49,641 bases of DNA from an uncultured Methanosarcinales archaeon (GTDB lineage: Archaea; Nanobdellota; Nanobdellia; Woesearchaeales; JAGLXL01). Below are positions 9,500 to 19,578 of the stretch, piece after piece. Position 1 is the first letter of the stretch; the number at the start of each line of letters is the position of its first letter. The stretch is from positions 1 through 49,641 of the forward strand of contig CAYYLB010000001.1 of the NCBI GenBank assembly GCA_964472345.1, read 5' to 3'. Made by a program: the position numbers and the translations under genes. The notes under the pieces are model-generated. The model worked only from the letters and a program-made list of their open reading frames with translations, was not told the origin of the DNA and searched no databases.

Positions 9500-10685
9500 G
9501 CTGTTCCCTACCTATGAGATTGGAAGTTTGCCGAAGCTCACCGCACGGGAAAAAGCAAGAAAAGGAATCCCCATAGCAGATGATGATATCTCGGAAGTTA
9601 CTGACCTTGGCAGGAGATTTTCTGTAGACACCGAGCACGTCGTCGCCTTCCTCAAAAAGCTCCAACAGGAAAACAAGCTTGACGCAGCTAACAGAAAGGC
9701 GCTGGTTGACTTTAACGCATTGCTCTATATTAAGCTGCAAGAAGCCGCGGGCCTCGACGTCGTGTACGATGGAGAGGCTCGGCGCGCCGAGATGTACCAG
9801 CATGTTGCACTGCATGTGAATGGTTTTGAGATGGCACCTGAGATGATACGCTCGAGAGGCCCTGACAGCTGGCGCATGGCCGTTTGCGTTGCTCCGCCCG
9901 GCTTGAAAGAAGGCAGTCTCGACGCGCTTGTCAGGAACGAGTTTCGCTTTGTGCAGCAGCATGCAGCGAGGCCAACAAAAATCCCTGTGGATGACCCTTA
10001 CATGATTGCCGTGATGAGCGATAACCGGCACTACCTCGAGATGCTGGGGCCACGCTACCAGGATGATCCGCACCGGCTTCGCTACGAGGCGAAACGCGCA
10101 TGTACGCTCGCGCTTGCTCGCAACGTCATCCGCCCGCAGGTAGAAGCAGTTGTCAATGAAGGCGCACGATGGATCCAGCTGGACATCCCGGGGGCTACGG
10201 TGGACATCGAGCATATTCCTATCATGGTCGAGGGGATCAACGCAGTCGTCGATGGCATCGAAGGGGTGAAGTTTAGTCTGCACATCTGTTATCCACGACG
10301 AGTATCATTAACAGAAAAAAGCGGGTACGAATTGCTTTTCCCGTCCATTTTAGACCTCCATCCGAACGTGAATCATATCTCACTTGAACTCGCCAATGCG
10401 GACCAGTACGAAACTGACCTTGCGGTGTTTGCGAGGCATCGGGAGCAGCGGCAGTTTGAGTTGGGCGTTGGCGTCATCGACATAACCTTAGAACGGCAAC
10501 AGAGGGAGGTGATGGAAACCCCAGAAATCGTAAGGGACAGGATTCTCACTGCCGCTCGAGTATTGGGCGATCCTAAGCTTGTTTACGTTGCACCCGACTG
10601 TGGCATGCGCCAGTTAGCAATTGAACGATGCGTGCGGCTTTATGAAACGATGGTAGAGGGTGCAACATTAGCGCGAAAAGGATGA
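9492..10685 (+). CDS. cobalamin-independent methionine-synthase-like methyltransferase (MetE catalytic-domain type)
   Basis: Candidate Zn-ligand set His/Cys in SLHICYP, Glu in ISLELAN, Cys in YVAPDCGMRQL. YDGEARR motif. 397 aa. Confidence 0.75.
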   Translation: MDKLFPTYEIGSLPKLTAREKARKGIPIADDDISEVTDLGRRFSVDTEHVVAFLKKLQQENKLDAANRKALVDFNALLYIKLQEAAGLDVVYDGEARRAEMYQHVALHVNGFEMAPEMIRSRGPDSWRMAVCVAPPGLKEGSLDALVRNEFRFVQQHAARPTKIPVDDPYMIAVMSDNRHYLEMLGPRYQDDPHRLRYEAKRACTLALARNVIRPQVEAVVNEGARWIQLDIPGATVDIEHIPIMVEGINAVVDGIEGVKFSLHICYPRRVSLTEKSGYELLFPSILDLHPNVNHISLELANADQYETDLAVFARHREQRQFELGVGVIDITLERQQREVMETPEIVRDRILTAARVLGDPKLVYVAPDCGMRQLAIERCVRLYETMVEGATLARKG

Positions 10686-10782
10686 TGACTGCTCACGAGG
10701 AAATTCCCTTTTGCCAGGTAATACATCAGAAAGTGTTGATAAGAACGCCAGAAAGACCTCAAGAAGCGCAGCCCTACGCCCC

Positions 10783-10809
10783 CTCTTCCTCACCGAACGT
10801 CTCCGTGTC
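10783..10809. repeat. 27-bp direct repeat, copy 1 (duplicate of the rps3ae 3' end)
   Basis: CTCTTCCTCACCGAACGTCTCCGTGTC, identical 27/27 to 11968-11994. Confidence 0.95.
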
Positions 10810-10878
10810 ATTTTATATCTGTAATAATATTTATAACCGCCATAACATTTATAAGCAGGAACCGCATACGCGCTCTTG

Positions 10879-11082
10879 ATGACAACCACCCTATCGGTTA
10901 CCGAGGAAATAAGGGAGAAAATAAAAGAGTTTGGCTCAAAGGGGGAGACCTATTCAGATATCCTCGCGCGCCTTATCGAAGCTGCGCAGGAGCAGCAGGT
11001 AAGGGCACTCCTCATGGATACAAGGGGGACTTCTCAGGTAAGGGATGCGCTTGCACGGGCACGAAAAAGATGGCAGAAGTAG
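10879..11082 (+). CDS. putative antitoxin (small RHH/VapB-like archaeal family)
   Basis: TLSVTEEIREKIKEFGSKGETYSDILARLIE resembles the small archaeal antitoxin pattern. CATTTATAAGC box about 25 nt upstream. Overlaps the toxin gene by 13 nt. The track start at 10876 is TTG, so ATG 10879 is preferred. Confidence 0.6.
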   Translation: MTTTLSVTEEIREKIKEFGSKGETYSDILARLIEAAQEQQVRALLMDTRGTSQVRDALARARKRWQK

Positions 11083-11408
11083 TGATTACTGATGCCCTTG
11101 AGAATGAGATCAACCGGCACTTTCAAGGGCAGAGCGTTGAGATTTTTGAGCTGCTCCACACGCTTGGCGGTAATCCAAAGAAAGGCGATGTTGTTGGCGC
11201 TGTCGGCGGTGTCGTCATCAAAGAGCTGAAGTACGGGGCATACCGATTCTATTTTATCACTGACGCCTATAAGGTGAAGTTTCTCAAGAGCGAAGAACTG
11301 ACTGGCCTGATCATCAAATTTGTACGCATGTCCCGCAAGAACGACCAGCAGAAAGTGATCGAAAAAATCAAGAATGTCCTGAGGCTGCTGGGAAAAGAAG
11401 GATTCTGA
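11070..11408 (+). CDS. RelE/ParE-superfamily toxin-like protein
   Basis: LLHTLGGNPKKGDVVGAVGGVVIKELKYGAYRFYFITDAYKV matches the RelE/ParE core pattern (nP..G..l......k.r.g.YR..Y). Genetically coupled to the small upstream gene. Confidence 0.6.
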   Translation: MAEVVITDALENEINRHFQGQSVEIFELLHTLGGNPKKGDVVGAVGGVVIKELKYGAYRFYFITDAYKVKFLKSEELTGLIIKFVRMSRKNDQQKVIEKIKNVLRLLGKEGF

Positions 11409-11449
11409 CGCAGCGCAGGTTTAAGTTTCTTCTTCTCCAAACACCACTT

Positions 11450-11668
11450 TTACTCAAACTCGCTCCGTGGCTTTTCTGTCTGCTTGATGATATACTGGAG
11501 AACAAAGATTGTTACTTCGTTGTGATGCGGAACCCAGGTTGTTAACACTCGGCCGTCGCTTGTTGTTTTCTTGAAGGTTGTGTGCTTCCTCGAACGCACT
11601 TCCTGAAACCCATTACGCTGAAGGATTTGAACAACCTCACGCTGGGGTAATGGTTTGAGTTTTCCCAT
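11450..11668 (-). CDS. hicA: HicA-family mRNA interferase toxin
   Basis: REVVQILQRNGFQEVRSRKHTTFKK...VPHHNEV...LQYIIKQ is the YcfA/HicA dsRBD-like pattern. 72 aa. Confidence 0.85.
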   Translation of the reverse strand: MGKLKPLPQREVVQILQRNGFQEVRSRKHTTFKKTTSDGRVLTTWVPHHNEVTIFVLQYIIKQTEKPRSEFE

Positions 11669-11909
11669 GCAGAATCTTCTCTGGAACTGTTATAGGTATA
11701 TTGGCGAGAGACGTTGACATGAGCGCACGGAAATCTGGTTTCGGCGTATCCGGATCCTTCAAGTAATCATCAATGAGATCCCGCATGTTCTCTTTAACTT
11801 CCACTTCCGTCTTGCCTTGCGTCGCGATGTCTAAAAGAGGGCAACTTGCGACAAACCATTCTGTTTCTTTAGTGATAACGACCGGTAGCGGGATTTCCAT
11901 TTCTGCCAT
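11637..11909 (-). CDS. hicB: HicB/UPF0150-family antitoxin
   Basis: PLPVVITKETEWFVASCPLLDIATQGKTEVEVKENMRDLIDDYLKD is the typical HicB N-domain. TTTTAAATAC box about 30 nt upstream of ATG 11909. The longer track ORF to 12092 was rejected. Confidence 0.8.
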   Translation of the reverse strand: MAEMEIPLPVVITKETEWFVASCPLLDIATQGKTEVEVKENMRDLIDDYLKDPDTPKPDFRALMSTSLANIPITVPEKILHGKTQTITPA

Positions 11910-11961
11910 ACGAGGGAAGAAGCAAACCGAGTATTTAAAATTTGCGTGATTGAGGCAGGTA

Positions 11962-12780
11962 CTATGTCTCTTCCTCACCGAACGTCTCCGTGTCCTCGAT
12001 CGCCGGCTCTGGCTCAGACGGCGGCGCTGCGGGTTCGGCCGCTCCGCCTGCTTCCTGCTCCCCCGCGGACTGCTGCTCCCCTTCCATCTCACCCTGCATC
12101 TCTTCTGTCACCGTCCTCTTCCTGGCTTTCTTTTTTGGCGATTCATCAGCAGCCCCGGGCTTCGCCTCCTCTGTGGGCTCCTCGCCCGCCTTCTCGGCCT
12201 TGCCTTCGCGCGCGAACTCGACAATCTTGATCTCAACGGTCTTGAGCGGGTAAATGGCAGAAAGCCGCTTCTTGAGCTCGCTTTGCATGCTCCGGCTGGT
12301 GAGCTGCTGCACCAGTTCCAGAAACGTGCCCTTGCCGACCATGCGTGCGATATCGCCGCGGACCTTCTGGCGGAGCGCCGTTGCGACGGAATGCACACTC
12401 TTATGGAATGTGACCAGCAGCGGCTTGATCCGTATCCGCTGCCCTTCTTTGGTGAGCACGACAAAACTGTCGTCGATGCGTGTCGTGTTGCGCCGCGCGA
12501 GCCGCTTGAGGGCAGCGGGAACAATATAATAGCCAATGACGTCGGTGCGCAGCGATGCGCCTTCGTTCGCGGTAATCTTGAACTTCACGTAGGTGTTCTG
12601 GTCGCGCATGTCGCCGGTGATGTCTTTCAGGTTCGCATGCACGACGCGGCCGACCGCAACCGCCGGATCCGTCACATAGGTCTGCCCAAGCTCGGCATTG
12701 TCCAGTTCCTTGGGCGCGAGAATCGGATACCAGTTCTTCTTCTTGACTGCCGGTGCAACGGTTGCCTTCGCCTTCGCCAT
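11962..12780 (-). CDS. rps3ae: 30S ribosomal protein eS1 (S3Ae) with a long acidic C-terminal extension
   Basis: KKKNWYPILAPKEL...VGRVVHANLKDITGD...YVKFKI is the S3Ae signature region. TTTTTAAA box about 31 nt upstream of ATG 12780. The track start at 12792 is TTG. Confidence 0.9.
   Translation of the reverse strand: MAKAKATVAPAVKKKNWYPILAPKELDNAELGQTYVTDPAVAVGRVVHANLKDITGDMRDQNTYVKFKITANEGASLRTDVIGYYIVPAALKRLARRNTTRIDDSFVVLTKEGQRIRIKPLLVTFHKSVHSVATALRQKVRGDIARMVGKGTFLELVQQLTSRSMQSELKKRLSAIYPLKTVEIKIVEFAREGKAEKAGEEPTEEAKPGAADESPKKKARKRTVTEEMQGEMEGEQQSAGEQEAGGAAEPAAPPSEPEPAIEDTETFGEEET
11968..11994. repeat. 27-bp direct repeat, copy 2 (last nine sense-strand codons before T-stop of rps3ae)
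   Basis: Identical to 10783-10809. On the minus strand it encodes DTETFGEEE. Confidence 0.95.
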
Positions 12781-12896
12781 TGCGCTGCGCAAGAGGGAAG
12801 GGGTTTAAAAATGTATCGCGGCGGATTTGGTAACCCGATGCAGGTGGTGACAGAAGGAAAGGTTTATAAAGCGGTGCTTTTTTTCCCGTCCAGAAA

Positions 12897-13202
12897 ATGG
12901 TACAACGAAAACCAGAAGCGTATGCAGCCCTGTTGCAGGGAATTGGTGTTCCCGTTGGTGAGTGTGCGACGCCGGAGCAGATGGATACAGCTGATGCGTT
13001 CCTCGCAGAATTAAGAAAAACTGACCAGCGCGGCTGCAGACTCATTGATGTTCGATATGGACTCCACGGCATGGTGCCGGTTACCATTGAAGGTCTTGCA
13101 GGGACTGATGCACCCGGTCCACGAAGTGATCTCCGCCATGCTGAATCCTATGCGTTGCGGCGTTTACAGAAGTTATGTGCGGAAGGCCATTACCGCAATT
13201 AA
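12897..13202 (+). CDS. hypothetical protein, 101 aa
   Basis: TTTATAAA at 12863-12870 lies 27 nt upstream of ATG 12897 (leaderless spacing). Occupies the only gap between rps3ae and gyrB. No motif recognised. Confidence 0.45.
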   Translation: MVQRKPEAYAALLQGIGVPVGECATPEQMDTADAFLAELRKTDQRGCRLIDVRYGLHGMVPVTIEGLAGTDAPGPRSDLRHAESYALRRLQKLCAEGHYRN

Positions 13203-13231
13203 AGAGGGGTTAGTGCCATTTCTATAATGTA

Positions 13232-15397
<2,166 letters not shown>

Positions 15398-15555
15398 GAG
15401 CTTGTTTCACGTAGCGTCGAAGAACGACGGAGAATATGAATATCTGTTTTCTTATAAGCCTTTCGCTGGAGAAAGTTGTTTATAGGGCTTTATGGGCGTA
15501 AAATTCTGCTTTTATGGCTTTGGAATCCTTAAAGGCGGCAGCCGGAAAAGCTGCC

Positions 15556-15768
15556 CTATGCTGCGCTGCGGCCCCAGCGCGTGCCGTCCCACGGATCGAT
15601 GTGCTTCGAGAAATCAATGTGGGGGAGCTTGATGATGACCTTGGTGCCGTCCCGCTTGACGAACTCGACGGCGTCAAGATCATGATCGAACGCATCCTTG
15701 ATCCTGCCCATGATGTCTGCGTCGGAGATGCTCAACTCCTCAAGCCCAAACAGCTGCTTCAGTGACAT
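15556..15768 (-). CDS. hypothetical protein, 70 aa
   Basis: ATG lies 5 nt after the stop of the small acidic ORF upstream. No motif recognised. Confidence 0.45.
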   Translation of the reverse strand: MSLKQLFGLEELSISDADIMGRIKDAFDHDLDAVEFVKRDGTKVIIKLPHIDFSKHIDPWDGTRWGRSAA

Positions 15769-15772
15769 GGCT

Positions 15773-15931
15773 TCACGACGCTTCGTCGTACCCCTCCATG
15801 AAGCCGTCCTCCTCTGCGCTCATCTCATCGTCTTCGAGCAGGAGAACGCGCGCTTTTACCGCATAGATGTCTTCCTCGTCGATCTCTTCGTTTTCCACCT
15901 CCAAGAACTCATCAAACTGCTCATCTTTCAT
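15773..15931 (-). CDS. small acidic protein, 52 aa (below the track cut-off)
   Basis: Hand-translated as MKDEQFDEFLEVENEEIDEEDIYAVKARVLLLEDDEMSAEEDGFMEGYDEAS. Preceded by GGGAGGTGG (SD-like) and a CTATATAAAAAC box. Confidence 0.45.
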   Translation of the reverse strand: MKDEQFDEFLEVENEEIDEEDIYAVKARVLLLEDDEMSAEEDGFMEGYDEAS

Positions 15932-16093
15932 CCCAACCACCTCCCTATCGCAGTCAGTAGGGGAGCGTTTTTATATAGTTTGCGGTTATAGTTTATATTG
16001 ATTATAAAAATTTAGGGATATTTATAAAATTGCAAATAAACAGGAAAATATATAAATGAGCGGCATTCTTTAAGTATTTTAAGGGGTGGTTCC

Positions 16094-17038
16094 ATGAAAC
16101 GGAAGGTTATCCAGATTGCGGGTTCTACACTGCTTGTGTCACTGCCGAAGAAGTGGGCGGACGAGAACAACGTGAAGAAAGGGGATGAGGTGGGAATAAC
16201 GCAAGCCACCGGACAGCTGGTCGTTCATGTTGACAGTGTGCCAGCAAAGGAAAAGGCTGAGATCCACCTGAATGATTTTGGAGTCATGGCCTCAAGGGTC
16301 CTCTTTGCCCTCTACAAAAAGGGAATCGATGAGATTACCATCCGCTTCGATAAGCCGGAAGATTTTAGGATTGTGCAGTCAAGCCTCAGGAATAAGACAG
16401 TCGGTTTTGAGATTGTCGAGCAGAGGGTGAACTCCTGCATCATTAAATGTGTGGGGGGAGAGCTTGAAGAATTCGATCCGGTGCTGCGCAGGCTGTTTCT
16501 CCTGCTTACCACAATGGCAGCTGATGGGCTCACGGCGCTCCGGAACAAGGACCAGGTAAGCCTGACGAACATCGAAAACCTTGAAGAGACGAACAACCGG
16601 CTGACGCAGATGTGCCGGCGGTACATCAACAAGATCGGCCGGGTGCCGTATGCGAAGATCGGGCCCCTCTATTTCATCGTCGAGGAGCTTGAAAAGCTTG
16701 CTGATGAGTACAAATATCTTTTTCAGTATGTGAAAGCGAGGGGCATTGAAAAAATCCGGTTAAGCGATGCGTTCTTTGGCATCTACGAAGAAACAGCCAT
16801 CATGCTTAGGGAGTACAGCGAGCTTTTCTACACGTTCAGCGCAAAAAAGCTTGATATGATAGGCAAGCGCCGGAAAAGGCTGGTCGCGCAGTGCATCCAA
16901 CTGCTCGAAGGATCGAAAAGCCGTGAGGAGGTCATCGCGACCCATCACCTTCTCGTCATCGCGGAGAAGACCTTTGACATGACCGGGCCCCAGATAGTCA
17001 TTGCGGAGTGGAACTCACCCACGGTTGATAGGCACTAA
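16094..17038 (+). CDS. AbrB/SpoVT-domain plus PhoU-like-domain regulator (archaeal PhoU homologue type)
   Basis: N-terminal RKVIQIAGSTLLVSLPKKWADENNVKKGDEV (AbrB-like), followed by about 200 aa of helical PhoU-like repeats. SD-like AGGGGTGG before the ATG. Confidence 0.75.
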   Translation: MKRKVIQIAGSTLLVSLPKKWADENNVKKGDEVGITQATGQLVVHVDSVPAKEKAEIHLNDFGVMASRVLFALYKKGIDEITIRFDKPEDFRIVQSSLRNKTVGFEIVEQRVNSCIIKCVGGELEEFDPVLRRLFLLLTTMAADGLTALRNKDQVSLTNIENLEETNNRLTQMCRRYINKIGRVPYAKIGPLYFIVEELEKLADEYKYLFQYVKARGIEKIRLSDAFFGIYEETAIMLREYSELFYTFSAKKLDMIGKRRKRLVAQCIQLLEGSKSREEVIATHHLLVIAEKTFDMTGPQIVIAEWNSPTVDRH

Positions 17039-17715
17039 TGGGGCCTCTTTTGAGGCTTTTTTAAGACACTCTCGCGTTCCAGTTCGTGCCGGATTTTTTG
17101 CTCAAGATCATCATCATTAGATGTATTGGACATAAGAACGGCTCTCCAGCCACGACGTTTGGCAGTTTCTATGTTACGTGTGGCATTATCAAAATAGAGA
17201 ATACCTTTGGGCGCTGATTCGCTCTCGGTTGCTACTACACCGACGGCTCTCTCAAGTTCTTCGTAGATGCGCTGGCCAGGTTTTAACTGTTTTACTTGAT
17301 GTGAGGTAACAATGTGATCAAAGCAGGCACAGATTTGGTACTGTTTGTCTAAATGTCTGAGAAGCTCCGGAAACATGTTAGAGAGGATAGCTACCTGAAG
17401 CCCACCCTTACGGACTTCCCTTAGTAATTCTAGTATGGGTTGCCGTGGTCGGTAGAATCCGAACCATGTATCAACAACCTTCCTCCCAAGCCTGATTCCA
17501 GCCGCACCCAGACTTTGTTGGTAAGCTTGCCAACTGATACCATCTGTACGGAGCTGCCGGTAGAGACCTCCAAAAACTATGTCTCGAATGTAGTGAGGCT
17601 GTTTGCTAAATGTTTCTGTTAAATAGGTAACTGCTTCTTTTCTTCCATCATAAACTACGGGGCCGAGAAGGTCACAAACAATGACCTGCGGCTCCCATTT
17701 TCGTCTGGTTGTCAT
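17035..17715 (-). CDS. HAD-superfamily hydrolase-like protein with an atypical motif I
   Basis: Motif I-like VIVCDLLGPVV, where the second Asp is replaced by Leu. Motif IV-like ILYFDNATRNIETAKRRGW. Start overlaps the stop of the upstream gene (ATGA). Confidence 0.65.
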   Translation of the reverse strand: MTTRRKWEPQVIVCDLLGPVVYDGRKEAVTYLTETFSKQPHYIRDIVFGGLYRQLRTDGISWQAYQQSLGAAGIRLGRKVVDTWFGFYRPRQPILELLREVRKGGLQVAILSNMFPELLRHLDKQYQICACFDHIVTSHQVKQLKPGQRIYEELERAVGVVATESESAPKGILYFDNATRNIETAKRRGWRAVLMSNTSNDDDLEQKIRHELERESVLKKPQKRPH

Positions 17716-19472
17716 TCTTCGTGGACCTCGTCTCTTATGGATGCGCTACGCAGCCCACCCTTCTGCGCAAACTGCCCTTTGAGATCGTGTAATATCAACT
17801 GGGCATACAAGCCTGCGAGGACGAGCTGTACTGTTGCATCAGACGCACTTCCTAACTGATCAAGACAGGGGGCTGCAGTTGAGGCGTTGATATAATACAA
17901 ATCAGACGCGCGTATGGCTGTGGCTAATTCCCTGATATTCTGAGGGTCACCCTTGATGTCGCGAAGACTCAAGTCAACGACTTCCAAAGCACGCTCTACC
18001 GATTCATCAATATAACTGAGTATATCGGCACCAAACTTCTCCCTTCGTGCGGCGAACCGCTCACTCCCGATCCGTTCACGCTGGTAGTGCTCGTACACAA
18101 GGTTGCCATAGAAATCAAACGTGTTTGGAATGCGGCGCGCTGCGCGGTTGAATCCCATTGCTGCAGCAGCGAGATACAGGCTCCTACACCCCCCCGAGAG
18201 ATCTATTCCTAAAGAACTACGAAGGAACTCCGCATGTCCGTGAAGGTATCTTTCCTCATCTCTTTTTGTTATAAATGGAGTGGCTTCCCGACTAACGAAG
18301 ATATGGGAAAAATCATCAAGGGCATGAGCACCGCGATGTCCCAGATCGACATTAACAACACGTGGGTCTGGCTTCGCGACTTTAGTGAGGCGATAGTCAA
18401 GGATGCCCTTCGTACCGGAGAATTCCGCGAGAATGAGTGGTATTGTCAAAAATGGAAGTCCTCTTTCATACTCCTCACGCAGGCCCTTGCTCTCTGGCTC
18501 AAGTATCAGGTTGGTAAGTGCTGTGTCACGATAGGGTACAATAAAGCACTCATCGAAGGGGATACCCTTAGTGATTAGGATCTCAACAGATTTTTCCCAA
18601 AGTTTCTTTTTTTCCTCCGAAAGAACAATTTCCATTGCTTCAAAGACAGGAGGAACACGCTTGAGCACCTGAATGTAGCCGTCCCGGACTTGAGAAGCGG
18701 TGTGGGGGAGATGGGATGGTCTTTGCTCAAGGTATTTATGAACTTGCTCGAAACTGCGCCGAATGAGGCCAGAGCCAATACCCAGCAATTGTCTTTTTTG
18801 AAAATTAGTGTAATCAGGGAAATCCAATGCCTTGGCAATCTCAAGTAGTAACTGAGAAAAGGTTGGACCGCGGATACGCTCATAGATGAGTACGCTGAAT
18901 GGGTCAGACAGGTCTTCGACATGGGTGACCGACTCAGCACGTGCGACGCGAAAGCCAGGCACGGCTTCGTAACACTTATTTTTTTCGTAACGGTGCTGGG
19001 CGATGTCATGGGGTGTCCAGAGGTACGTTGCTGAGCGACGCACAAGGCGCACAAACAGCTCACGGAGGGGCCAGCCGCTTCCTTCATGGTATTCGCCTTC
19101 ACCAGCACGGGCAAACTGAGGTCCTTCGCCGCCAAGCAAGATTTCGTTCAGTTGAACGGCCAACTGTTGCGCAAAGCGCTGACACGGATCCACGGATGCC
19201 CCACTAGTTTCAGCCTCTTTTGCGTAGTCGCGAACAAGACGTGCGAGCGTCAGCGCTTTATCTTCTTCGGGCAGGAGGTCATCAAGAGTGTGGGAACCTT
19301 TCTCTGGTCGTGCACCTAGCACCTTTGCATTTTCTTTCGAAAGATGGGCTACCAAAGCCCCAAGTCGGGCTACCTCTGTTTGAAGAGTATCTTCTCCTCC
19401 GACTGTTGATGCATCTCGGCGTGCCCCCTTCAGGTTTGCGATTAGGTTTCGAACCCAGTCATAAAGCGCCAT
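17712..19472 (-). CDS. 586-aa protein, possibly protein-kinase-like fold
   Basis: The ORF is well supported: SD-like GGGGGAAGGA and a TTTTATATGC box upstream. The function is tentative, based on PYRDTALTNLIL (HRD..N-like catalytic loop) and VVNVDLGH (DFG-like). Confidence 0.6.
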   Translation of the reverse strand: MALYDWVRNLIANLKGARRDASTVGGEDTLQTEVARLGALVAHLSKENAKVLGARPEKGSHTLDDLLPEEDKALTLARLVRDYAKEAETSGASVDPCQRFAQQLAVQLNEILLGGEGPQFARAGEGEYHEGSGWPLRELFVRLVRRSATYLWTPHDIAQHRYEKNKCYEAVPGFRVARAESVTHVEDLSDPFSVLIYERIRGPTFSQLLLEIAKALDFPDYTNFQKRQLLGIGSGLIRRSFEQVHKYLEQRPSHLPHTASQVRDGYIQVLKRVPPVFEAMEIVLSEEKKKLWEKSVEILITKGIPFDECFIVPYRDTALTNLILEPESKGLREEYERGLPFLTIPLILAEFSGTKGILDYRLTKVAKPDPRVVNVDLGHRGAHALDDFSHIFVSREATPFITKRDEERYLHGHAEFLRSSLGIDLSGGCRSLYLAAAAMGFNRAARRIPNTFDFYGNLVYEHYQRERIGSERFAARREKFGADILSYIDESVERALEVVDLSLRDIKGDPQNIRELATAIRASDLYYINASTAAPCLDQLGSASDATVQLVLAGLYAQLILHDLKGQFAQKGGLRSASIRDEVHEE

Positions 19473-19578
19473 TCCTTCCCCCGAATGTTCCCCCTCTGGC
19501 TACATTATAACCATTTCCCAACTCCAGCATATAAAACCTATACGGCGCTAGCTTATGAGCTGGCTGGCATACCCCATG

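Noticed and set aside
11950-13014. 354-aa plus-strand ORF opposite rps3ae, and the 151-aa extended form of hicB (11637..12092).
   Set aside because: The first is antisense to a ribosomal protein gene. The extended hicB form would read through the rps3ae stop region, and the TATA box supports ATG 11909.
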